Source: an uncultured Gammaproteobacteria bacterium
GTDB taxonomy: Bacteria > Patescibacteriota > Microgenomatia > Daviesbacterales > UBA10151
Reading direction: 5' to 3'
Length of the DNA: 64,000 nucleotides
NCBI GenBank assembly: GCA_964405655.1
Contig: CAYOOO010000005.1
Span: forward strand, 6,335-70,334
Under the pieces are notes generated by a model. The model searched no databases. It was not told the origin of the DNA and saw only the letters and a list, made by a program, of their open reading frames with translations. The number at the start of each line of letters is the position of its first letter. Within the stretch, counting starts at the first letter, position 1. Both the position numbers and the translations under genes were made by a program. This document shows positions 9,954-18,069 of the stretch, in pieces.

Positions 9954-10045
9954 AAGTAGAAAAGAAGTGTCTGGTTAAAATACCAGTCTTAGACTAACTT
10001 TGTCAATTCACAAGATATTGGGGGGTAGACAGACCAGAACTCATG

Positions 10046-10118
10046 TCCAAGGCCCTGGAGTCGAACCAGGCTAAACAGGTTTTACAGACCTGCGCATCAA
10101 CCGCTCTGCCAGCCTTGG
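10046..10118 (-). tRNA. tRNA-Tyr(GUA), archaeal-type identity (C1:G72, A73, short variable loop)
   Basis: CCAAGGC/GCCTTGG acceptor, CAGGT-CTGTAAA-ACCTG anticodon arm, 5-nt V loop TTTAG, CCTGG-TTCGACT-CCAGG; CCA not encoded. Confidence 0.93.
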
Positions 10119-10196
10119 GTTTAAAACCTAAATTAAACTCATAAATTATACCAAGATCTTGAGGGTGATGCCAGAGAATAAGGAGTAAAGCCTTAG

Positions 10197-12458
10197 TTAC
10201 TTATTAAATCCACCAACGAAGAAGTCCCAGATCATCTGAAGAAGACCTCTGCTTGTTTTAGCTCCTTGAACAGATGGAGCGGGCTGAGGTGCAGTCGTAC
10301 TCTCGGGTTGGGGCGCAGGAGCACTTGTTTGTGCAGGCTGAGGAGTGGACTGAGTACTAGTTGTAGTGGTTGATGAACCTCCACACTGACAGGAGCAGAA
10401 ATCACCATTCCAGTTACAAGTTCCTCCACAAGATCTGCATCCTGATTCCTGTGATTCTCTATTCATACCTGAAGGAGCTGTAGTTTGAGTGGTGGTAGTA
10501 CCTGTAGTGGTTGTTCCTGAAGTAGGTGAATTATAACCTCGGCAGTAACAGCTTCCACTACTCCAGTCACAAGTCCCACCACCAGATCTACAAGTAGCTT
10601 CTTGAGAGTCTCTAGTCATGGTGTTACCTGAGTAACTACCACTGCCACTATAAGAACTCGTTGTTCCGGAAGTAGATCCATAATTTGCATACTGACAATA
10701 TGATCCATTCCAAGTCCCACCACTATTCCTACATGCTTGTGCTGGATCATAATAGTTATTGGTGGTAGTAGCTGGTGCGCTGTAACCTTTACAATAACAG
10801 GAACCATTACTCCAATCGCAAGTTCCTCCACCCGCCTTGCAACCAGCCTCTTGTTGGTCCCTACTACTCATACCAGCATTATTGTTTCCTGAAATACCTT
10901 TCATACAATTACAGGTAGTGCCGTTGTTATCCCAACTACAATAACCACCTGATTGATTACAGGCTCTATTTTGATCTGCTGCAGGCGCATTGGTCTTAAC
11001 TTCTATCTGTGTGTAGTTGGGATTTCGATAATTTTGGCAACTACAAATTCCGCTGCTCCAATCGCAAGTACCACCGCCTGATTTACAGGTAGCCTCCTGG
11101 GAGTCTCTACTCATGGTACTACCACCATAGTAAACACCAGCACTGGTACACTGACAGGAGTTATTAGCCCAACTACAACCTGATTGGCTACACATCTTTG
11201 CAGGATCATAGTTATATGAAGCACATAGACAGCCGCCCCCAGCACCGCCAACCCAGGCACAACCTCCTCTGGCACAGGCAGCTGCAGGATCTGAGTAGTA
11301 TTTATCTGCCTGGTAATCTTTACAGGACGAACCATCCCAGTATTTACTGGCTTGTGTCGTACACTGATAAGCATCAGCGCTCTTATTTAAGGGTGTACAG
11401 ACTCCTCCCGGACCGATGTAGTAATCAGCTGGACAACGGACATAATAGTTGTAACTCTCAGTTTTTGGCCGGCATTGCTCAGGGTTGTCCCGACAGAACT
11501 CCATGTATTTTTGCTCAGCAGAACCTTTTTGGGGACTCATACATTTATCAGCGTTCTCTCGGCAGTGTCTGGCAAACTCTTCAGGGCTGGTGTAGTCACC
11601 AATTGGTCGAAAGTCTACTGCTCCACCAACAATACTTCTACAAGATTGGGGATTATTTTTACAATAATTTAAACAGCTCTCAGGTGAGTTACAACCTCCG
11701 GGTCCTCTAAATTCTCCAGGGCCACCACCAAAGTTTGAGCATTCCTGATAATTTTTGGGGTCCAGACAAAAAGTTTTACAGGTAGTTTCTGACGTGCAGC
11801 CTCCTGGGCCAACTCTCATCTCACCACCCCTTAACCCAACCTTTTGGGCAACTTCTGAACACTTTTGGCGATTCTCTTCTTTGTCGCAAAGACTCTTACA
11901 GGAGGTCGCATCATTGCAACCTAAAACCGCTTTTACCTTGTCTAAAACCCTCTCTGGTTCCTCAACATACCCGCCTGGTACTCCGATTTCTTTTGCCAGC
12001 TGATTACATTTATCATAGTTTTCCTCCTTATCACAAACATTTGCACAAGATTGAGGTGTGTTACACCCAAGAATCCTCTTGGCCGCAATTAAGAATTTCT
12101 GTTCAACTTCTGCTTTTAGACCTTCCCCCTGATAAAAACCTTTGGTCTTAGCATAGGCCACACAAGCATTTTCATTAACTGGATCTTCGCAAAAAGTTCT
12201 ACAGGATGAATAATTTGCACAATTACCCAGCTCGGCAATAGGAAAAACAATCCCGTATTTGCTGGTCTTTTTTACAACCTCTTCCTCAAGATCATCAACT
12301 CCATCATTATTTTCATCTAATACTGGATGCGAAGGGGAAATAAGAATTGGTACTTTATCAACTGTAACTAATATAAAAACAAAAACTACTAAAGGAAGAA
12401 GTAGCGATCTTAGTAATCTGCTTTTTAAAATGCTCAAAATTGAATTATTAAAAGTCAT
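10197..12458 (-). CDS. Giant Cys-rich surface protein (cassette 2)
   Basis: N-terminal TM; FPIAELGNC, LGC and GPGGC repeats; four MxRxxQExxCxxxGGTCxW repeats; Thr/Pro linker; VQGAKT plus amphipathic tail. Confidence 0.85.
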   Translation of the reverse strand: MTFNNSILSILKSRLLRSLLLPLVVFVFILVTVDKVPILISPSHPVLDENNDGVDDLEEEVVKKTSKYGIVFPIAELGNCANYSSCRTFCEDPVNENACVAYAKTKGFYQGEGLKAEVEQKFLIAAKRILGCNTPQSCANVCDKEENYDKCNQLAKEIGVPGGYVEEPERVLDKVKAVLGCNDATSCKSLCDKEENRQKCSEVAQKVGLRGGEMRVGPGGCTSETTCKTFCLDPKNYQECSNFGGGPGEFRGPGGCNSPESCLNYCKNNPQSCRSIVGGAVDFRPIGDYTSPEEFARHCRENADKCMSPQKGSAEQKYMEFCRDNPEQCRPKTESYNYYVRCPADYYIGPGGVCTPLNKSADAYQCTTQASKYWDGSSCKDYQADKYYSDPAAACARGGCAWVGGAGGGCLCASYNYDPAKMCSQSGCSWANNSCQCTSAGVYYGGSTMSRDSQEATCKSGGGTCDWSSGICSCQNYRNPNYTQIEVKTNAPAADQNRACNQSGGYCSWDNNGTTCNCMKGISGNNNAGMSSRDQQEAGCKAGGGTCDWSNGSCYCKGYSAPATTTNNYYDPAQACRNSGGTWNGSYCQYANYGSTSGTTSSYSGSGSYSGNTMTRDSQEATCRSGGGTCDWSSGSCYCRGYNSPTSGTTTTGTTTTQTTAPSGMNRESQESGCRSCGGTCNWNGDFCSCQCGGSSTTTTSTQSTPQPAQTSAPAPQPESTTAPQPAPSVQGAKTSRGLLQMIWDFFVGGFNK

Positions 12459-12463
12459 ATTTT

Positions 12464-12718
12464 TTACTTCACTGAGTCGAAGGGATTCTTATAAACTGCA
12501 AACGGGTTAACGTATTGAGACGATTTATCAAATGGATTACTATACTCAGATTTCAAGCCAATCTTTGCCTCTTTAGATTTTTCAGATTGAAAGGAAAAGG
12601 GCAATTTTTCAAGCGGGTTTTTGATTATTCCCTGAGAAACAAGAATTGCTAGTATAGCTACTAAAATAACTACTAGGAGTAAAGGAATTAAGGCGACTAT
12701 TCCTTTTTGATTGGGCAT
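12464..12718 (-). CDS. Pilin-like microprotein with three YxNPF motifs
   Basis: NQKG/IVALIPLLL class III-like signal; YSNPF, YVNPF, YKNPF. Confidence 0.8.
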   Translation of the reverse strand: MPNQKGIVALIPLLLVVILVAILAILVSQGIIKNPLEKLPFSFQSEKSKEAKIGLKSEYSNPFDKSSQYVNPFAVYKNPFDSVK

Positions 12719-12747
12719 TAATTAATTATTCACTGAAATTTTTTCTG

Positions 12748-12776
12748 AGAATGTGATTTAAATCACATTTTGTCAA
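12748..12776 (-). promoter_or_regulatory. Promoter with CRP/FNR-type operator in the spacer
   Basis: TTGACA-17-CATTCT; perfect 20-bp palindrome AATGTGATTTAAATCACATT at 12750-12769. Confidence 0.8.
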
Positions 12777-12794
12777 GAGATTGCGCTCAAGCAT

Positions 12795-13868
12795 TTAGTT
12801 CCTCTGGTAATCTTGGGCGATTCTATGAATATAACTCATGCAATCTATTTGTTCGTCCTGATTTTCTAAGCTCCGACAGATAACTTCTGATTTCTGCCTC
12901 CAATTCGGTAAATCTTGGAATACCATCTCGCCAGCTGCAAAGCGGAGACATCTTTTTTGGAAATTAACCAGCAGGGGTTGCATTTTACATAAGCTAATAA
13001 TTTTATCCGTATCTGCTTGAGAACTTAATACGCTATAAGATCCCAAAGAGTCAAAACATGCTTCTTTAAAAACCTCAGAAGTTGAGGTATTGCAAATTTC
13101 AGCTACCTGACCAACGACAAAACCAAATCTTCTAATCATCACCATTGGTTGATTTCTACCACAAGCGGTATCATAGATTTCAGGTAATTTATTACAAGGT
13201 GATAGTGGATCTTCCTGATTATAGAAGTTAGTGGAAGCAGATCTCTCAAATTCCATAAAGACTCCATCGTAACAAAACTGTTGGTTGTTAATTAACTTAT
13301 TACACTCTTTTAACGAAGCTTCTAAATCCTTAACTTTATGGAAACTTGCCAAACCGTGCCCAATTCCATGTACGCAGCTAGCAACTGGACCAGAGTTTTG
13401 CGGACCAAGTTTGTTACAAGCTTGCTCAGCCTCTGATAATTTCTCCGTTCCAAGGTAAAAGGCTTTATCTAAAAATCCGTGGAAGCAGCCGTAGGCAAAA
13501 GTAGGTGAACAAATAGACAAGCCTGAAAAGCCTGATTTGTCAAAAATGAGCCCTCCCATAAAGTGCGCTAAATCATGAGCAACATTACCACTCCCAGGAT
13601 TATTTTGATAAGTGTCAACGATAAAACTCCAAGTAGATTTTAAACCCTTTTGACCTGTTAACTTCTCAAGGTAACTATACTTTTCCTGTATATCTAGTTC
13701 CAAAAAGCCTTCTCTTGTTAAAGGAGTGAAATTTGAGTCTTGGGAAATTTCTGCATTTAGCGGTACTTGGTGATAAAACGGGTTTGTTAAAGCAAGTATA
13801 ATAAACCCTAATACCATAATCAAACCAATCAAAAAGTAGCGATCTTTTAAAACAGACAACTTAACCAT
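12795..13868 (-). CDS. Membrane-anchored His/Cys helical protein (putative metalloprotein)
   Basis: HDLAHFMG, CFHG, CVHGIGHG, CYDGVFME. Confidence 0.8.
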   Translation of the reverse strand: MVKLSVLKDRYFLIGLIMVLGFIILALTNPFYHQVPLNAEISQDSNFTPLTREGFLELDIQEKYSYLEKLTGQKGLKSTWSFIVDTYQNNPGSGNVAHDLAHFMGGLIFDKSGFSGLSICSPTFAYGCFHGFLDKAFYLGTEKLSEAEQACNKLGPQNSGPVASCVHGIGHGLASFHKVKDLEASLKECNKLINNQQFCYDGVFMEFERSASTNFYNQEDPLSPCNKLPEIYDTACGRNQPMVMIRRFGFVVGQVAEICNTSTSEVFKEACFDSLGSYSVLSSQADTDKIISLCKMQPLLVNFQKRCLRFAAGEMVFQDLPNWRQKSEVICRSLENQDEQIDCMSYIHRIAQDYQRN

Positions 13869-15404
13869 TTAATTTTTATATAACGAAGACTGGCAAGTTT
13901 GACTAAAGCCTGAATCCGCACTTTGACAAAGTTGTTCAATTTTTGTATTGTTGTTGCCGAATATATCTTTTAGTCTTTGACTCAATACCTGGAAACAGTG
14001 GGTTTTATCACGAGAGGAAGCCAACTTATTACAGAAAGTTTGTGGTTGATTAGTCATTGTTTCCCCCCAGAAGTCAACAATCACATTCAAACCACCGGTT
14101 ATACACTCTTGGAAATACCAAGGAGGCGAAACTTGGCAAAACTGAATAATCTTATCTGGATCTCTTAGGGTTTGACCAGCAATGTCCCTACCTAAACTTC
14201 TAAAACAAACACCCATCATATTCGCAGGGGTTCTCTGACATTCAGCAGCAATGGCTTGGAAGTTATAATTAAAAATACTTAGCATTCGGCTTGTTTGCAT
14301 TTGATAACACTCAAACTGGACTAACTCTGATTGATCAACACTGTTGCAAGGAAATTGAGGATCACTACTAACCCATTCAGTCTTATGACCTTTGACTGCT
14401 CCTCTCCCCTCGGCAACCATAATATTTTCCATGAACACTCCTCCAAAACACGATCTTTTAGCATAATCATTGGAAAGTTGATAACAGAGATTAATTGCTT
14501 TTGGTATATCATAGTTGATATAAGCAGTGAGACCATGACCAATGCCATGAAGGCACTCAAATTTAGAAAAATCTGTCTTGAATTTATTGCACAGGTTTTC
14601 AACTCTTTTCATTAAGGTTTTCTCCCTTTGAAGTCCCTTGGATAAGGCCTTTTGTTGGGCAATAAATGCTTCCATAGCACCATGGATAAAGCCGGAGTGA
14701 CAACTATAGTTTATTTTCTTAAAAACTGCTGATTTATAAGTTTTATAGGCAGTTCTTCCAATCAAATGCGCTTCTTGATGACAATCGACCTTGGATCCTC
14801 CGTCAGTATCTAAAACTAACTTATCCATTAATTGATTGCCTCCTAAAACAATTAACCAGTACTTTAGCTGTCTTTCGTCTTGAGCTAGTCGGTAAGCATC
14901 AGTGGTTTGCAGCTTCGCATAGAGTTTTTTAGGAAAAATTACATAATAAATTCTTGCTAAGTAAGCTTTAATATCATTTATCAATGAAGTTAAGTTAAAT
15001 TTTTTGGTGTTGTCTTTAGATGGTGTAAATTGTGTTGATCCAGATTCTGAAACTGTAATTTTCCCAATAAGATGAGGATTGAGGTGATCATGGAATTTAA
15101 ATATACCTGCTTTTTCAAACTTGAACTTCCAAACTTCGCCAGGTTGGATTGGCCTTTTTGGATCAAACTCTTTATAAATCAAATGAATGGGGTGAAAATC
15201 TGAAGCCGGCCAGCGTGCATCAGTATCCTCGTTTTTAAAAATTACCTCCTGACCTTTTTTAATTGTTATTTCATCTGGTTTGAATTCACCATCCTTAAGC
15301 AATATTGTTGCTTCCTCAGAGGACAAAACAGCTTTTGAGAAAAATATAGAATAACAAATTAATCCAAACAGGAAAACAAACCCAAACCTTCTCAGTCTAC
15401 CCAT
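13869..15404 (-). CDS. Cupredoxin-like domain fused to His/Cys helical domain
   Basis: FKPDEITIKKGQEVIFKN, WPASDFHPIH, FHDHLNP; then CHQEAHLIG, CLHGIGHG, CFGGVFMEN. Confidence 0.8.
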   Translation of the reverse strand: MGRLRRFGFVFLFGLICYSIFFSKAVLSSEEATILLKDGEFKPDEITIKKGQEVIFKNEDTDARWPASDFHPIHLIYKEFDPKRPIQPGEVWKFKFEKAGIFKFHDHLNPHLIGKITVSESGSTQFTPSKDNTKKFNLTSLINDIKAYLARIYYVIFPKKLYAKLQTTDAYRLAQDERQLKYWLIVLGGNQLMDKLVLDTDGGSKVDCHQEAHLIGRTAYKTYKSAVFKKINYSCHSGFIHGAMEAFIAQQKALSKGLQREKTLMKRVENLCNKFKTDFSKFECLHGIGHGLTAYINYDIPKAINLCYQLSNDYAKRSCFGGVFMENIMVAEGRGAVKGHKTEWVSSDPQFPCNSVDQSELVQFECYQMQTSRMLSIFNYNFQAIAAECQRTPANMMGVCFRSLGRDIAGQTLRDPDKIIQFCQVSPPWYFQECITGGLNVIVDFWGETMTNQPQTFCNKLASSRDKTHCFQVLSQRLKDIFGNNNTKIEQLCQSADSGFSQTCQSSLYKN

Positions 15405-15444
15405 CTTTCCGTCTAATATACCATATTTTGAATTTCTTATGGGT

Positions 15445-17766
15445 CTAATTTTTTCCTAGCAAGAAGTTAATCACTCTCTGAAGCCAGCTGACTTGAGTGC
15501 TTGCTCCTGCTACACCGCCAGCGTCACTGCTAGGAGGTGGGGGCGGAGGGGGCTCTGGTGGAGGCGGGGGAGGGGTTTCATAGCTTGGAGTTCCATAAGA
15601 AGGGGTAGCATAACTCGGTGTACCGTAACTTGGGGTAGCATAACTTGGACTCGGATAAGAATAAGATGGTGATGGGTATGAGTAAGATCCAGGGGTGGGA
15701 TAACTATAGGTACCTGAGGGAGTGTAATAGCTAGGTGAAGGATAAGAATAGCTACCAGAAGGTGTTGGATAAGAATAACCAGGTGTTGGGTAGGAGTAGC
15801 CTGATGAAGGAGTTAAGTAGCTTTCTGGTGTGTAGTAAGTTGGGGTGGTATAACTACTACCTGGTGGAGGAGTGTAGTAGGATGGTGTTACATAATTTCC
15901 TCCAGAAGGAGTGTAGTAGGTCGGGGAGGTGTAGGTACTGCCAGGAGGAGGAGTGTAATAGCTAGGTGTATTATAAACCGCTGGTGTATAGTAGCTTGGG
16001 GTGGTGTAATTTGAACCAGGAGGTGGGGTATAGTAGGTCGGTGTGGTATATGAACCTGTTACATTGATTGGAGTATAGTAGGTTGGTGTGGTATAAGGCG
16101 GTGGCGTGGTGTAATTAGGTGTGGTATAACTCGATCCCGGAGGTGGAGTATAGTAATAGGGTGTAGTGTACCTTGGTGGGGTGTAGTAAGTCGGGGTGGT
16201 GTAATTTGAGCCAAGAGGAGGGGTATAGTAGGAAGGCGTGTTATATGAAGGTGTTGGGTAATTTCCTTGCGGAGTTGGATAGTAGGTTCCTGGTGTATAG
16301 TAAGTTGGGGTGGTATAACTACTACCTGGTGGAGGAGTGTAATAAGAAGGAGTCAAGTAGATACCTGGCGTATAGTAGCTTGGGGTGGTGTAATTTGATC
16401 CCGGAGGTGGAGTGTAGTAGACAGGCGTGACATAAAAACTTGTTGCGGGCGGGGTATAGTAAACAGAATCTTTAGGCGGAGTATAGTAAGTACCTGGGAC
16501 AAAATTATCTAGGGGTCTTGGAGATTTAGCATCAAATCCCTGACATTTGCCTGGATTGTCCTTACAAAAGTCATAACAAGCGCCTGGTGAGTCACAATTC
16601 CCCATCTCTTTAACTGGCTCCATTTTGACAGGAGTCCCGGGTGTGTAATATATAGAGGGTAAATATTTATCTGTTGGTCTCGGGCCACTTCCATCAAAGC
16701 CTCCACATTTACCTGGGTTTTCTTTACAATAGTCATAACAGGCTCCAGGGGTCTTACAATTTCCCATATCAGGTCTAGGTTGAAAGTATGCACCACCTGC
16801 TGTTGGGTTAATCCCTGGTGGCGGGCTGTCTTGACAGCTTGATCCACTCCAATATTTACCTCCTTGGGCACAGGATTGAGCTACTTGTGTCTTATCATTC
16901 GGTGTGCAAGCACCTCCAGGTCCAAAATTCTGTCCAGCCGGGCAAGCTACCGGAACATAGGCTCCATTGGAACCTGGTGCATAGCTCCTACAATCAGCTG
17001 GGTTTTGTTCACAATGCGATCGGCAGGATTCAGGGTTATTACATCCTCCTGGGCCTTGGAATTGTTGGCCTGGTGGAGCAAAAGCCTGACATTTACTAAA
17101 GTTATTTGGATCAGCGCAGAAGTTTTTACAAGTAGCATCTGAATTACATCCTCCTGGGCCCTCTTTAACCTCTCCCCCTAAAAGCCCAACTGACTTAGCA
17201 AACTGGTCACATTTTGCAGCATTGGCCTGGTTATCACAAAAGCTGCTACAGCTGGCAGCTGAATCACAACCTAAGATTTTCTTGGCTTGATCTAAAAACT
17301 GTGGTTTATCTGGTTCTTGGACATAACCTCCAATAATCTCTTCTTCTTTAGCAAAACCATCACATTTATCTTTATTTTCAGCTTTTGAGCAGAAGTCTAA
17401 ACACTCTTCCTTATCTTTACAACCTAAACCATCTTGAGTTTTCTTCCAAAATTCATCATCAGCAGCTAAAACTTTATCCTGTTTATAAAAACCCTTTTTC
17501 TTGGCATAGTCTGCACAGGAGGAAAAGTTGACTGGATCATCGCAATAAGCTAAACATTCTCCTTTGTTCTCGCAGTTGCCCAAATCTTTGATGGGAAAGA
17601 CTACAGCGTTATCTTGTCCACCTGGCGCAGGTGAGGCAGTTGGGCTTGGGGCAGGAGAAGGGGATGTTGTTTGAGCTTTTGCTTGAGTACTAAAAAAGAA
17701 GACTAGAATTGAAGCTGCCAGTAGTATTGCTAACTTATTTAGATTTCCTCTAATTAAATTGATCAT
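15445..17766 (-). CDS. Giant Cys-rich protein with Tyr/Thr/Pro extensin-like repeats (cassette 1)
   Basis: Signal peptide (AKA), FPIKDLGNC, GPGGC repeats, YTTPxYYTPPPGS tandem repeats, VAGAST plus amphipathic tail. Confidence 0.85.
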   Translation of the reverse strand: MINLIRGNLNKLAILLAASILVFFFSTQAKAQTTSPSPAPSPTASPAPGGQDNAVVFPIKDLGNCENKGECLAYCDDPVNFSSCADYAKKKGFYKQDKVLAADDEFWKKTQDGLGCKDKEECLDFCSKAENKDKCDGFAKEEEIIGGYVQEPDKPQFLDQAKKILGCDSAASCSSFCDNQANAAKCDQFAKSVGLLGGEVKEGPGGCNSDATCKNFCADPNNFSKCQAFAPPGQQFQGPGGCNNPESCRSHCEQNPADCRSYAPGSNGAYVPVACPAGQNFGPGGACTPNDKTQVAQSCAQGGKYWSGSSCQDSPPPGINPTAGGAYFQPRPDMGNCKTPGACYDYCKENPGKCGGFDGSGPRPTDKYLPSIYYTPGTPVKMEPVKEMGNCDSPGACYDFCKDNPGKCQGFDAKSPRPLDNFVPGTYYTPPKDSVYYTPPATSFYVTPVYYTPPPGSNYTTPSYYTPGIYLTPSYYTPPPGSSYTTPTYYTPGTYYPTPQGNYPTPSYNTPSYYTPPLGSNYTTPTYYTPPRYTTPYYYTPPPGSSYTTPNYTTPPPYTTPTYYTPINVTGSYTTPTYYTPPPGSNYTTPSYYTPAVYNTPSYYTPPPGSTYTSPTYYTPSGGNYVTPSYYTPPPGSSYTTPTYYTPESYLTPSSGYSYPTPGYSYPTPSGSYSYPSPSYYTPSGTYSYPTPGSYSYPSPSYSYPSPSYATPSYGTPSYATPSYGTPSYETPPPPPPEPPPPPPPSSDAGGVAGASTQVSWLQRVINFLLGKN
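15575..16500 (-). repeat. Coding tandem repeats (YTTPxYYTPPPGS, YSYPSP, YxTPS)
   Basis: Recurrent DNA units such as ggggtggtataactactacctggtggaggagtgta near 15842 and 16307. Confidence 0.85.
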
Positions 17767-18008
17767 TTTTGTTCAAAAGTAAGAAACGGACTCTTATATT
17801 CATCAAAAGGATTAACATATTGGTTTTCCTTTTTGAAAGGATTTTTATACTCTGTTTTAACCGCTACTTTTGGCTCTTGCTTGACTAGGTTAGAGAAACC
17901 GGGGATTTTAAATGAACCTTTAGAGTAAAAGAGGAATAAACCGACGCCAAGGATAACAACAATTAACACAAGCAGTAAAAGGTGGGCGATTCCTTTTTGA
18001 TTAATCAT
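17763..18008 (-). CDS. Pilin-like microprotein with YxNPF motifs (paralog of 12464-12718)
   Basis: NQKG/IAHLLLLVL; YKNPF, YVNPF, YKSPF. Confidence 0.8.
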   Translation of the reverse strand: MINQKGIAHLLLLVLIVVILGVGLFLFYSKGSFKIPGFSNLVKQEPKVAVKTEYKNPFKKENQYVNPFDEYKSPFLTFEQK

Positions 18009-18027
18009 TTTTTTAGTACTTAACTAA

Positions 18028-18056
18028 ATAATGTGACGCAGATCACAATTTGTCAA
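18028..18056 (-). promoter_or_regulatory. Promoter with CRP/FNR-type operator in the spacer
   Basis: TTGACA-17-CATTAT; TGTGA-N6-TCACA at 18032-18047, same register as the 12752 site. Confidence 0.8.
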
Positions 18057-18069
18057 GTATTAAAATTTC

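Noticed and set aside
15575-16500. CRISPR array or DGR in the repetitive DNA
   Set aside because: Repeats are in-frame coding repeats with synonymous variation; no spacers, no adenine-specific TR/VR pair and no reverse transcriptase seen
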